A stretch of DNA of 64,000 bases from an uncultured Rickettsiales bacterium (GTDB lineage Bacteria > Pseudomonadota > Alphaproteobacteria > Rickettsiales > JABCZZ01), in NCBI GenBank assembly GCA_964454545.1, contig CAYVTI010000004.1, positions 25,105-89,104 on the forward strand. The letters are read 5' to 3'. Made by a program: the position numbers and the translations under genes. This document shows, one piece after another, positions 19,207-28,948 of the stretch. The notes beneath the pieces are model-generated. The model saw only the letters and a program-made list of their open reading frames with translations, was not told the origin of the DNA and ran no database searches. Position 1 is the stretch's first letter. Every line of letters begins with the position of its first letter.

Positions 19207-20133
19207 TTATTTAAGCCTGTCTATCAACTCCTGCATATCCTGCGGAATGGGAGAAGATAACTCCATCACTTTCCTGCTTATGGGATGAATGAAGCCGATT
19301 CGCGCCGCGTGTAATGCCTGCCTGTGAAAGTCAAATTTCTTGCTACTGCCGCGTCCATACACCGGATCGCCTACTAGGGGACAGCCTATATGCGTCATGT
19401 GCACGCGTACCTGATGCGTACGCCCGGTCTCTAATGTACATGTAACCAGCGCGCTGTCTGAAAGCACTTCTTCCGTCTTGTAATGAGTCACCGCATGCCT
19501 GCCGCCACTTTTCACCACCGCCATCTTCTTGCGGTTTACTGGCGAGCGGGCGATATTCCCCGTTATGGTGCCGGAAAGCGGCTTCGGGATGCCCTTCACC
19601 ACCGCCACATATTGCCGTTTCAATGTCCTCCTGGCAAGCTGCTCCGCCAGATGGTGGTGAGCAACGTCATGCTTGGCAACCACCAGTAACCCGCTGGTAT
19701 CCTTATCAATTCTATGGACAATTCCCGGCCGTATTACCCCGCCGATGCCGGAAAGCGAGCTTCCGCAATGGGCAAGAAGCGCGTTAACCAGTGTGTCGGA
19801 AACGTGGCCGGGAGCGGGATGTACGGTCATGCCTGCGGGCTTGTCTATCACCAGCAGATGTTCATCCTCAAATACGATATTTAGCGCTGTTGGAACGGCA
19901 ATAATATCAGTATTCTCAGGTGGATAGATTGATATTTCGTATATTTCGCCCTGTTTAACCTTGCGGCTCGCGTCTTTTATGATACTATCCGCGGCCTTGA
20001 CACAGCCCTGGCCAATGAGTTGCTGGACACGGTTGCGCGAGAATTCCGGCAGATGCATGGACAGATATTTATCGAGTCTTTGTCCGCTTTCTTCCGCTTC
20101 TATGATAACAGTTTTATGATTCATATTTGACAT
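19207..20133 (-). CDS. rluD: 23S rRNA pseudouridine synthase, RluA/RluD family with S4 domain
   Basis: 308 aa. RLDKYLS is the S4 motif. HRIDKDTSGLLVVAK is the catalytic Asp motif, and HQVRVH is present. An alternative start lies at 20124. Confidence 0.9.
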   Translation of the reverse strand: MSNMNHKTVIIEAEESGQRLDKYLSMHLPEFSRNRVQQLIGQGCVKAADSIIKDASRKVKQGEIYEISIYPPENTDIIAVPTALNIVFEDEHLLVIDKPAGMTVHPAPGHVSDTLVNALLAHCGSSLSGIGGVIRPGIVHRIDKDTSGLLVVAKHDVAHHHLAEQLARRTLKRQYVAVVKGIPKPLSGTITGNIARSPVNRKKMAVVKSGGRHAVTHYKTEEVLSDSALVTCTLETGRTHQVRVHMTHIGCPLVGDPVYGRGSSKKFDFHRQALHAARIGFIHPISRKVMELSSPIPQDMQELIDRLK

Positions 20134-20135
20134 TC

Positions 20136-21527
20136 ATGATAAACTACATTTCCACACGCGGGCAAGCTCCGGTTTTGTCTTTCCAGGATGTCGTCATGGC
20201 AGGCCTTGCGAGCGACGGCGGGCTTTATGTGCCTAACTCCCTGCCGCAGTTCGCCCCGCATGAACTGGTGGAGATGTCTTCGCTCTCTTATACGGAACTC
20301 GCGCTGCGTGTGATGCAGCCTTTCATCGGAGAGGCAATTCCGGAAAAAGACCTGAGAGCCATTATTGAAAATTCCTATAAAGCATTCCGGCACAAGGCCA
20401 TCGCCCCACTGAAACAGATCGGGCATAACGAATTCCTGCTGGAATTATTCCACGGCCCTACCCTGGCCTTCAAGGATTTTGCCCTGCAGTTCCTGGGGCG
20501 CATACTGGAATATTTTCTTGCGCGCAGTAACCAGCAGATTACCGTCATAGGCGCGACATCGGGAGATACCGGCTCGGCGGCGATTGAAGGCTGCCGTGGG
20601 CGCAGGAATATGCGGATATTTATTCTGCATCCGCATAACCGGGTATCGGATGTCCAGCGCCGTCAGATGACCACTGTTACGGATAAGAATGTTTTTAATA
20701 TTGCCATTGAAGGAACATTTGACGACTGTCAGGATATCGTGAAATCGCTTTTTGCGGATACTGCATTCCGCGAGAAACAGAAACTGACGGCGGTCAATTC
20801 CATCAACTGGGCGCGCATCCTGGCCCAGATCGTGTATTATTTCTACGCCGCAGCTACACTCGGCGCTCCGGCCAAACGGATAAGCTTCTGTGTGCCGACC
20901 GGCAACTTCGGGGATATTTACGCCGGCTATATCGCAAAGCAGATGGGGCTGCCTGTCGAGAAGCTCATCATAGCCACCAACAGGAACGATATCCTTGCCC
21001 GCTGCCTTGCGACCGGAGTTTACGGCATGGAAGGCGTGACGCCGACCATAAGCCCCAGCATGGATATTGAAGTCTCCAGCAATTTTGAACGTTTGTTATT
21101 CGATCTATATGCGCGTGACGGTAAAACCATCTTGAAACTTATGCAGGAGCTTCGTAAGGACAGGAAAATGTCGCTGTCCGAGTCCGCACTGCTCAGGCTT
21201 CGCAGCTATTTTTCCGCAGGCAAGGCAGACGACATACTGACAAAACGGACTATTTCCACACTATATAAGGAATGCGGAGAATTACTGGATCCACATACGG
21301 CGGTAGGCGTTGCGGTCGGGAGCAAAGTCCATGCGGATAAGGCAACGGCGCTTGTCACGCTCGCCACTGCCCATCCGGCGAAATTCCCAAATGCCGTAAA
21401 AGAAGCCACCGGCATTTATCCTTCCCTGCCCTCCCACCTTGCCCCCATTATGGAAAGCAAGGAAAAGTTCGAGGCGCTGCCAGCAAATACAGACACAGTA
21501 AAAGCGTTTATAGAAAGCCACTCATGA
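20136..21527 (+). CDS. thrC: Threonine synthase
   Basis: The first ATG gives MINYISTRGQAP..., the typical ThrC N-terminus (the ORF track uses TTG at 20127). The PLP lysine context is HGPTLAFKDFALQ, with GATSGDTGSAA. Confidence 0.93.
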   Translation: MINYISTRGQAPVLSFQDVVMAGLASDGGLYVPNSLPQFAPHELVEMSSLSYTELALRVMQPFIGEAIPEKDLRAIIENSYKAFRHKAIAPLKQIGHNEFLLELFHGPTLAFKDFALQFLGRILEYFLARSNQQITVIGATSGDTGSAAIEGCRGRRNMRIFILHPHNRVSDVQRRQMTTVTDKNVFNIAIEGTFDDCQDIVKSLFADTAFREKQKLTAVNSINWARILAQIVYYFYAAATLGAPAKRISFCVPTGNFGDIYAGYIAKQMGLPVEKLIIATNRNDILARCLATGVYGMEGVTPTISPSMDIEVSSNFERLLFDLYARDGKTILKLMQELRKDRKMSLSESALLRLRSYFSAGKADDILTKRTISTLYKECGELLDPHTAVGVAVGSKVHADKATALVTLATAHPAKFPNAVKEATGIYPSLPSHLAPIMESKEKFEALPANTDTVKAFIESHS

Positions 21528-22813
21528 CCTACCATATTACGACACTGCCTTCGGGCCTGCGCGCCGCGACCGAAACCCTTCCCGGCATGGAATCCGTAAC
21601 CGTCGCCGTAAGCGTTGCGGTGGGCGCGCGTTATGAAAATACCAATGAAGGCGGACTTTCCCATATGCTGGAGCATATGGCGTTCAAGGGTACAAAGCGC
21701 CGCTCTGCACTTGCTATTGCAGAAGAGATGGACATGGCGGGCGGCAACATGAATGCCTATACCTCCATGGAAAGCACGGTATATCACATCCGCGTCCTGA
21801 AAAACGACCTGCCGCTTGCCGTTGACATGCTGGCGGACATTCTCCAGAATTCGGTATTCGATGAAAAGGAACTGGAACGGGAACGCCAGGTTATCCTGCA
21901 GGAAATCGCCATGCATTATGACACTCCCGACGATCTGATACTGGATCATTTCAGCGAAACGGCTTATCCGGAACAGGCAATCGGGCGCTCCATTCTTGGG
22001 CTCCCCGAACAGGTACAGCGCTACAGCAATGAAGATTTGATCCGGTACATAGGGAAGCATTACAATACTTCCAGCATGGTGATTACCGCTGCCGGGAATA
22101 TTGAACATGAGGATTTTGCCAGACTGGTCAGCGAACATTTTACGACTCTCCCTGTTTCTCCCAGAACCACTCCGGCAACAGCGATTTACACAGGCGGCGA
22201 CAGGCGTACCGAGCGCAAGCTTGAACAACTGCACATGATGCTGGGATTTGAGGGCGTCTCATTTAACCATAGCGATTATTATACCCTGCAGGTTATGGCC
22301 ACCATACTGGGCGGTGGCATGTCGTCGCGCCTGTTCCAGGAAATTCGTGAGAAGCGCGGGCTTGCTTATACTGTGCAGGCATTCGTATCCTCTTATACGG
22401 ATACCGGAACACTCGGAATTTATGCTGCCACGAATGAAGAAAAAGCATCCGGCATGCTTCCTGTCATCTGCGAGGAAGTCATCAAGATACAGGGCAGTAT
22501 AACCGATCAGGAATTGCACCGTGCAAAGAACCAGATAAAAGCCAACCTGCTGATGGCACGCGAGAGCAGTTCTTCCATCGCTGAATGGATCGGCAGGCAC
22601 CTCCTCCTTTACGGCCGTTACAAACCCGCATCGGAAATCGCCGCATTAATCGACGCCATCGGCAAAGACGACGTCACACGCGTGAGCAGAGATATGCTCA
22701 AGCGCAACGCCATAACCATCACGACTTTGGGGCCGCAGAAAAATATCCCCGACTATAATAGCCTGGTCAGGGAATGGTTTCTCCCCGATGCCATAAAATA
22801 TAAAACCGCGTAA
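21524..22813 (+). CDS. M16 family zinc peptidase (mitochondrial-processing-peptidase-like)
   Basis: 429 aa. Contains the inverted zinc motif HMLEHMAFKGT and a downstream E (LQEI). It overlaps the thrC stop by 4 nt. Confidence 0.9.
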   Translation: MTYHITTLPSGLRAATETLPGMESVTVAVSVAVGARYENTNEGGLSHMLEHMAFKGTKRRSALAIAEEMDMAGGNMNAYTSMESTVYHIRVLKNDLPLAVDMLADILQNSVFDEKELERERQVILQEIAMHYDTPDDLILDHFSETAYPEQAIGRSILGLPEQVQRYSNEDLIRYIGKHYNTSSMVITAAGNIEHEDFARLVSEHFTTLPVSPRTTPATAIYTGGDRRTERKLEQLHMMLGFEGVSFNHSDYYTLQVMATILGGGMSSRLFQEIREKRGLAYTVQAFVSSYTDTGTLGIYAATNEEKASGMLPVICEEVIKIQGSITDQELHRAKNQIKANLLMARESSSSIAEWIGRHLLLYGRYKPASEIAALIDAIGKDDVTRVSRDMLKRNAITITTLGPQKNIPDYNSLVREWFLPDAIKYKTA

Positions 22814-22814
22814 A

Positions 22815-23600
22815 TTACTGCGCCGTCCAGCCGCCGTCGATGCTAAGTATCTCCCCGGTCATGGCTTCGCCATTATCATCGCACAGGAAGGCGATGAGCG
22901 CTCCGATGCTTTCCGGCCTTACGAACATCTTGTTGGGCTGCTTTTCGCCGAGCAGGTTGGCGGTCGCCTGTTCAATGCTGATATTGCCTTCTTTCGCTTT
23001 CGCTTCAATCTGCTTCTGCACCAGCGGAGTGTTCACCCACCCCGGGCAAATGGCATTGCAGGTTATCCCTGAAGTCGCCGTTTCAAGCGCGACCACTTTC
23101 GTGAGCCCGACGATACCGTGTTTTGCCGATACGTAAGCCGCCTTATGCTCCGAGGCGACAAGGCCGTGCGCGGAAGCGATATTGATGATGCGGCCAAATT
23201 TTCGCGCCTTCATTCCGGGAACCGCTACCTTTATCGCATGGAACGCCGCCGAAAGGTTGATAGCGATGATAGCGTCCCATTTGTCATCGGGAAACTCTTC
23301 TACGGGAGCGGTAAACTGGATTCCGGCATTATTGACCAGAATATCAACGCTGCCAAGCTGGGATACCGTATCAGCCACCATCTGGCGAATGTCGGCAGGC
23401 TTGCTCATATCGGCAGCAGAATAAGACGTTTTTACTCCGTATTTTTTCGGAAGCTCGGCGACAATGCCATCAATAGTCGCCTTGTCGCCCATGCCGTTCA
23501 GCATGATATTACACCCCTGCCCGGCCAGCACATGGGCGATGGCAAGCCCTATCCCGCTCGTGGAACCGGTAACGATCGCATTTTTTCCTTTAAGTGCCAT
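22815..23600 (-). CDS. bdhA: 3-hydroxybutyrate dehydrogenase (SDR)
   Basis: 261 aa. Shows TGSTSGIGLAIA, NNAGIQ and YVSAKHG (YxxxK). The overall pattern is typical of BdhA. Confidence 0.85.
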   Translation of the reverse strand: MALKGKNAIVTGSTSGIGLAIAHVLAGQGCNIMLNGMGDKATIDGIVAELPKKYGVKTSYSAADMSKPADIRQMVADTVSQLGSVDILVNNAGIQFTAPVEEFPDDKWDAIIAINLSAAFHAIKVAVPGMKARKFGRIINIASAHGLVASEHKAAYVSAKHGIVGLTKVVALETATSGITCNAICPGWVNTPLVQKQIEAKAKEGNISIEQATANLLGEKQPNKMFVRPESIGALIAFLCDDNGEAMTGEILSIDGGWTAQ

Positions 23601-23733
23601 AAATCCTCCTGTATTTATTATATATTTATAATCTATGCTTTATGATAGAAGCTCATAGCACTTCTAAGTTGCCATTGCCATTATTAATTATTAAATGTAA
23701 ACTGGTTTGTATGTTTTTGGAGTTTTTCAGAGT

Positions 23734-24351
23734 ATGACACCGCAGGAACAACAGATGCTGAATGATCTACTGAACAGGATTGCAGGCACTCCCGCTCCGG
23801 TTCGTGATTCTGAAGCGGACTCCATGATCCAAAGAAGCCTCGGCGCGCGACCGGATGCGCTTTATATTCTTACCCAGCTGGTCCTCGTTCAGGAAATGGG
23901 CCTGAAACATGCCCAGCAGCAGATTCAGGATTTACAGCAACAGGCCGCACGGCCAGCACAGGCGCCATCTTCTTTTACCGGCGGGCCGTGGGGAACGTCT
24001 GCGAATGCCCAGCAGAACTACTCCTCCCCCCAATATCCGCCTCAATTCTCCAGTTTCCTGCATAATGCACTTACCACCGCATCCGGCGTCATCGCAGGTG
24101 AGATGGCTTTCAGTGCGCTGCGTTCGCTGTTCGGTGGATTCGGAGGCGGCTCTTCCGCATGGGGCGCGCCGCTCAATACCGGAAGCAGTTTTCTCTCCGG
24201 CGCACAAAACCCGGGCACTACGATCGTGAATAATTATTACGGTGATAGCAATACCGATGTTGCAGATTCTGACGATGGCAGCAATACAGACGATCTGGTT
24301 GCGACAGATGACAGCAGCGATAGTTTTTCTGATAACAGCGATTTCTCATAA
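23734..24351 (+). CDS. DUF2076 family protein
   Basis: MTPQEQQMLNDLLNRI...ALYILTQLVLVQEMGL..., followed by a G/S-rich region and an acidic tail, fits DUF2076 architecture. The ATG at 23734 is preferred over the TTG at 23707. Confidence 0.7.
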   Translation: MTPQEQQMLNDLLNRIAGTPAPVRDSEADSMIQRSLGARPDALYILTQLVLVQEMGLKHAQQQIQDLQQQAARPAQAPSSFTGGPWGTSANAQQNYSSPQYPPQFSSFLHNALTTASGVIAGEMAFSALRSLFGGFGGGSSAWGAPLNTGSSFLSGAQNPGTTIVNNYYGDSNTDVADSDDGSNTDDLVATDDSSDSFSDNSDFS

Positions 24352-24369
24352 TTCATAAAAAGTACTCTC

Positions 24370-25188
24370 ATGACAAACAGCAAAAAAGCCGGTTTTACAT
24401 TAATTGAAATGTCTGTCGTGCTGGTTATCATAGGGCTGATTGTCGCAGGCATATTTCTGGGACAATCCCTGATCCGCCAGTCGCAACTCGCAAGCGCGAT
24501 GACGGATGCGCAGAAATACATCCAGGCGGCGCAGAACTTCCAACAGAAATACGGCGCCCTTCCTGGAGACTTCGCCAATGCGCAAGCTTACTGGAATAGC
24601 GGCGCTGCTCCTACCTGCCCTTCGACCTACGCCGCCCAGCTTACTCCACCGACTACATGCAACGGCGATGGGAACGGCCAGATCGGCACTTCGGGTTCCG
24701 GCGGTTCGTATGCCGCCAGCGCTCCGGAATATTTTCTGTTCTGGGAGCATCTGTCGGATGCCCAGCTTATAAGTGGCATCTACAATGGGTCGCCTGGAAG
24801 CGCTGGCGGAGGCACAGGCAGTGATCATGTTATAGGAACCAATGCCCCTGCAAGCAAGCTTGACGGCGCAGGGTTCGGGGTTACTTGGGTTGGCGTTAAA
24901 ACGAGCGGAACCACGTATTACTATAACAGCTTTGGGCATGTCTTCATATTCGGCGGATATAGCTCCAACTTCCTGCCCGCCGGCAACATCATGACGACAT
25001 TGGAAGCATTGAGCCTAGATACAAAATATGACGACGGCCTGCCTTCTTCGGGCAATATTCAATCATGGCAGCAAACCACCGGGTATTCTACTGCCTGCAC
25101 GACCAGCGCAACTACAGCCCCGACAACGAAATACGATAAGACGCAACCAGGTTATAAGTGCAGCCTTATATTACTTACCGGGTTTTAA
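24370..25188 (+). CDS. Type IV pilin-like protein (prepilin N-terminal cleavage/methylation domain)
   Basis: MTNSKKAG|FTLIEMSVVLVIIGLIVAGI is a class III signal peptide with Glu at +5. It has two Cys pairs, including a C-terminal C...C loop (ACTTSATTAPTTKYDKTQPGYKC). Length is 272 aa. Confidence 0.75.
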   Translation: MTNSKKAGFTLIEMSVVLVIIGLIVAGIFLGQSLIRQSQLASAMTDAQKYIQAAQNFQQKYGALPGDFANAQAYWNSGAAPTCPSTYAAQLTPPTTCNGDGNGQIGTSGSGGSYAASAPEYFLFWEHLSDAQLISGIYNGSPGSAGGGTGSDHVIGTNAPASKLDGAGFGVTWVGVKTSGTTYYYNSFGHVFIFGGYSSNFLPAGNIMTTLEALSLDTKYDDGLPSSGNIQSWQQTTGYSTACTTSATTAPTTKYDKTQPGYKCSLILLTGF

Positions 25189-26286
25189 GTGGCTAATATA
25201 ACTACTCCCGTTAAGTTATACGATCAGTACGTAAAAGACAGCAGACTAAAAGGTGACGCAGAGCAGAAGCGGATCATCGGACGTTTACAGCTGCTCTTTG
25301 AGCAAATCTCTGTAAAACCAAAAAATCCTCTTATTAAGAAGATAATGCCAGCCCGTTCCTCTGAAGCGCTGCGCGGGCTTTACATATGGGGAGATGTAGG
25401 ACGCGGCAAATCCATGCTTATGGATATGTTCTTTCACTCCGTTCCCACGACTGCAAAGCAGCGCCTGCATTTTTATTCGCTGATGCTCGGGATTCATAAA
25501 AGCGTGCACCTCCTGCGCCAGAAGCAAGTGGAAGATCCCGTAAAAGCCACCGCGAAGGAACTGGCAAAAAAATATAAACTGCTTTGCCTTGATGAATTTC
25601 AGGTGACGGATGTTGCCGACGCGATGATTCTCAGTAAACTGTTCCTGGCGCTGCTGGAAGAGAACGTAGTGATAGTCATCACTTCCAACCGGCCGCCGGA
25701 AGAATTATACCTGGGGGGATTGCAGCGCGAGAAATTCCTGGATTTCGTTACATTGCTTTACGAGCGCATGGATGTTCTGGAACTGGCCTCACCGCATGAC
25801 TACCGGATGGAAAAGATCAGGGCGCTGAAATCGTTATACCTCTTCCCGCTTACCCAAAAAAATGAGCAGGAATTGCGGAATATATTCTTTGCCATCTGCG
25901 ATAACGCGGAACCGGACAAAGTGACGCTGGAGGTACAAGGAAGAAAACTGCAGGTGAACAAGGCCTGCGGCAAAACCGCATGGTTCACTTTCGGCGAATT
26001 ATGCGAGAAGCCGCTCGGCGCGGCGGATTATCTGGCGATATGCAACCGGTTCGATACAGTATTCATCAGCGGCATTCCTGTGCTTTCACCTGAAATGCGC
26101 AACGAGGCGCGCCGGTTCGTCACCCTGATAGACAGCCTGTACGACAACCGGGTCAAACTCATCTGCACGGCAGACGCACCACCTACGGAACTCTACCCGT
26201 TCGGCGATGGCGCTTTCGAATTCCAGAGAACTATCTCAAGACTCATGGAAATGCAGTCGGAGGCATATCTTGAGGGTGAGACATAG
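25189..26286 (+). CDS. zapE: AFG1/ZapE family ATPase
   Basis: 365 aa with a GTG start immediately after the pilin stop. Walker A is GDVGRGKSMLMD, Walker B LLCLDEFQVTD. The family tail is conserved. Confidence 0.9.
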   Translation: MANITTPVKLYDQYVKDSRLKGDAEQKRIIGRLQLLFEQISVKPKNPLIKKIMPARSSEALRGLYIWGDVGRGKSMLMDMFFHSVPTTAKQRLHFYSLMLGIHKSVHLLRQKQVEDPVKATAKELAKKYKLLCLDEFQVTDVADAMILSKLFLALLEENVVIVITSNRPPEELYLGGLQREKFLDFVTLLYERMDVLELASPHDYRMEKIRALKSLYLFPLTQKNEQELRNIFFAICDNAEPDKVTLEVQGRKLQVNKACGKTAWFTFGELCEKPLGAADYLAICNRFDTVFISGIPVLSPEMRNEARRFVTLIDSLYDNRVKLICTADAPPTELYPFGDGAFEFQRTISRLMEMQSEAYLEGET

Positions 26287-26375
26287 TATCTCTGATGCTC
26301 TTGCCATTCTTCCTATTTATTTTCATAAGTAACTATAAATAAAAGAATATTTATATAATACATTAGAATATAGTT

Positions 26376-26399
26376 AGGTCAATTCTGAAATATTGACCT
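26376..26399. promoter_or_regulatory. Perfect 8-N8-8 inverted repeat, candidate operator
   Basis: AGGTCAAT tctgaaat ATTGACCT lies in very AT-rich DNA about 50 bp upstream of the triple-HTH gene start. Confidence 0.3.
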
Positions 26400-26449
26400 C
26401 TATTAACGTCTTATTAATATATATTTGTTAGATTTGCATAAGAATAGTC

Positions 26450-28054
26450 ATGATAAAATTTTTTCGCACTGACAAGATTATGGTCCAAGAATTTTCTGAA
26501 TCAGCATCTCCACTCCGAACTTTTACAGAATTAATAAAATTGAGTCAGCTTTATCACTCTAAAGAAGATGGCACATCACAAACATTGCCTGATATTAGCG
26601 TAAAACTGGGGTTACCCCGCGGCATAGTAGAAATGTGGTACAGGACAGGAACAATCAATCTTGATCCTAGCACTCCTGAAGCTAACAAGATCATGAAGCT
26701 CTTCAAAGATCGATGGGGTAATTGGGGTAAAAATGAGAGTACTGCCTATTATTATCATAAATTAAAGATGGCGCTTGGGTGGGAACTGGATGATAGTGAT
26801 ATACGTCGGATGAATGAGTATGAGATGAAAAAGAGGACACAGGAAACAAAAGCAGAACCTCATCCAAAAACTCCAACTCATCCTTCAGATCGCACTTTCG
26901 TACCCTTCTCAAGGGAAGAACAAGAAACCAGATCGTCTTCCGCCTCACCTGTAAGGCCACAGGTATATGTAGCTAAGGCTGCTATACAAGAAAGAAGGAT
27001 AGTACCTGCAACACTAGCAAAAAAGCCTTTATCTCCACAAACTGCTCCTAGACCTCAGCGCTCTGTTAGTCGAGACGCTGAACCTGTTCCTCAAATCTTA
27101 CCAGAACAGCTAAGTGAAAGACTGAAAAGAAAGAGATGCATCAGTGGAATAAATGGCGGAGAACTTCTTAAACAATCGCGGATACAAGCAAACCTGACAC
27201 AAGCGCAGCTTGCTGAACAGTCAGGAGTTCCGCGTAGTGACATTATTCACTTCGAGAACAATAATTTATCTAAGCTATGGATATATATAGGTGATATTAT
27301 AAAAGTACTTAACCCCGATCCTGAGAAGACAGTCTTGCTGAATGCTATAGCACTAGATGCTAAAACAGAATACTTGGAAAAAGTTCCGCTGGACAGAGAA
27401 CAGGCAATAAGGGTTATCAATATAGCACTGCGAAATCACTCTCAGGTTACAGGGAGTGAATTATTGGAAGCTTTTATGGTACGAGCAAACATTTCCCATG
27501 AAAAATTAGCTGAAAAAGCAGGAATCTCCAGAAGACAAATCGGCACTTTACTATCCGGAGCGCCAAAAACTCTTTACCAATATGTAGAAATACTTTCGGA
27601 TACCCTTGCGGCACTTCCAAATAGCAGGTTTACACCAGCAGACAAAGAGCTTTTCTGGCAGTGCACGCTTTCCAAAGAATTAACTCTTATTGCCAACGCC
27701 AATAAAGGAGAAGATGTCCCGTTAGGAGACCTGATGCTGGCATATACGAAAAAGGCCCATTTTCAAGGTAACGATTTGGCATTACGCATGGGGGTCGATG
27801 CGTCAAAAATATCATTATATCTAAAAGGGCATATACCAGATAACCGTGTTGAGAGCTTTGCAATGGTATGTGGGCTTCTGCCAGACGAAAAACAAAATTT
27901 AATAGAGCGCCTTGAACATGAAAAGAGCAAGAAAACCACTGCTGTAACCCATGAACATTGTGAGGGTGAACAGCCACATTATGGCTGCGGGCTTCCGCCT
28001 CCACCAAGGAATCCAGGAAGAGGCGCGCATAATAAAGTAAAACCTGTCTTATAG
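26450..28054 (+). CDS. Hypothetical multi-HTH (XRE-type) DNA-binding protein
   Basis: 534 aa. An N-terminal domain is followed by a P/S/T-rich linker, then three tandem XRE-like HTH units (LKQSRIQANLTQAQLAEQSGVPRSDIIHFENNN; LEAFMVRANISHEKLAEKAGISRRQIGTLLSG; LMLAYTKKAHFQGNDLALRMGVDASKISLYLKGH). The gene is AT-richer than its neighbours. Confidence 0.7.
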   Translation: MIKFFRTDKIMVQEFSESASPLRTFTELIKLSQLYHSKEDGTSQTLPDISVKLGLPRGIVEMWYRTGTINLDPSTPEANKIMKLFKDRWGNWGKNESTAYYYHKLKMALGWELDDSDIRRMNEYEMKKRTQETKAEPHPKTPTHPSDRTFVPFSREEQETRSSSASPVRPQVYVAKAAIQERRIVPATLAKKPLSPQTAPRPQRSVSRDAEPVPQILPEQLSERLKRKRCISGINGGELLKQSRIQANLTQAQLAEQSGVPRSDIIHFENNNLSKLWIYIGDIIKVLNPDPEKTVLLNAIALDAKTEYLEKVPLDREQAIRVINIALRNHSQVTGSELLEAFMVRANISHEKLAEKAGISRRQIGTLLSGAPKTLYQYVEILSDTLAALPNSRFTPADKELFWQCTLSKELTLIANANKGEDVPLGDLMLAYTKKAHFQGNDLALRMGVDASKISLYLKGHIPDNRVESFAMVCGLLPDEKQNLIERLEHEKSKKTTAVTHEHCEGEQPHYGCGLPPPPRNPGRGAHNKVKPVL

Positions 28055-28065
28055 ATTGCTTTCCT

Positions 28066-28917
28066 TTACGGCATCATGCAGGCAAGCCTGCAAAATTCCT
28101 CAACGCTTAATGTCTCCGCCCTGCGTGTCGGATCTATGCCTGCTGAACGAAGCCAACTTTCCGTATGATCCGAAACAGTCGCCAGCGAAGAGCGCAGCAT
28201 CTTGCGGCGGTTGCCAAAGGCTGCGGCAAGGGTTGTTTCAAGCTGCTTCTTATCTGCTTGATAACGCGGCTTTGCAAGCGGCATAAGTTTTATTACTGCG
28301 GAAACTACTTTCGGCGGCGGCACAAAGGCGCTTGCCGGCAAATCGAAGCAATGCTCAATGTCACACAGCCACTGAGCAATGACAGACAGCCTGCCATATT
28401 GCCTGTTGCCGTGCTCCGCATATAAACGCTGCGCTACTTCCTTCTGGAACATGAGCGTCAGGCTTTGATAGGCGCTGCTATCGTTATATATGTCTTCCAG
28501 CCAGTTGATAAGCAGCTGCGTGCCTACGTTATAAGGCAGGTTGGAGATTATAGCGCGCGGCGCAGGCGCCACTTCAGGCAATGATACCTTGAGGGCATCT
28601 TCAGGAATGATTACCAGCCTGCCGCCATATATATTTTTCAGCTCAGTGATTGCTGCGATGCAGCGTTCATCTTTCTCAACCGCGTAAACGCACCTTGCCC
28701 CGCTTTTGAGCAGAGAACGTGTAAGTCCGCCCGGGCCGGAGCCGACTTCCATGACGTTAACTCCGCTTAAATCTCCGGCCATGCGGACGATTTTGTCGGT
28801 GATATTCGTATCAAGCAGGAAGTGTTGCCCCAACGATTTTTTCGCTGACAATTCAAAGCGTTTAATAACATCACGCAGCGGAGGAAGGGCAGGATGGCTC
28901 ATTTTTATAACTGGCAA
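28066..28917 (-). CDS. rsmA: 16S rRNA (adenine1518/1519-N6)-dimethyltransferase
   Basis: 283 aa. Shows KSLGQHFL, VMEVGSGPGGLT and NLPYNVGT motifs. Confidence 0.93.
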   Translation of the reverse strand: MPVIKMSHPALPPLRDVIKRFELSAKKSLGQHFLLDTNITDKIVRMAGDLSGVNVMEVGSGPGGLTRSLLKSGARCVYAVEKDERCIAAITELKNIYGGRLVIIPEDALKVSLPEVAPAPRAIISNLPYNVGTQLLINWLEDIYNDSSAYQSLTLMFQKEVAQRLYAEHGNRQYGRLSVIAQWLCDIEHCFDLPASAFVPPPKVVSAVIKLMPLAKPRYQADKKQLETTLAAAFGNRRKMLRSSLATVSDHTESWLRSAGIDPTRRAETLSVEEFCRLACMMP

Positions 28918-28948
28918 TTAGCAGAAAACACGTTATTAAGTACAACAC

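Noticed and set aside
21416-22234. 272 aa minus-strand ORF across the thrC end and the M16 peptidase start
   Set aside because: It overlaps two confidently called plus-strand genes and has shadow-frame composition.
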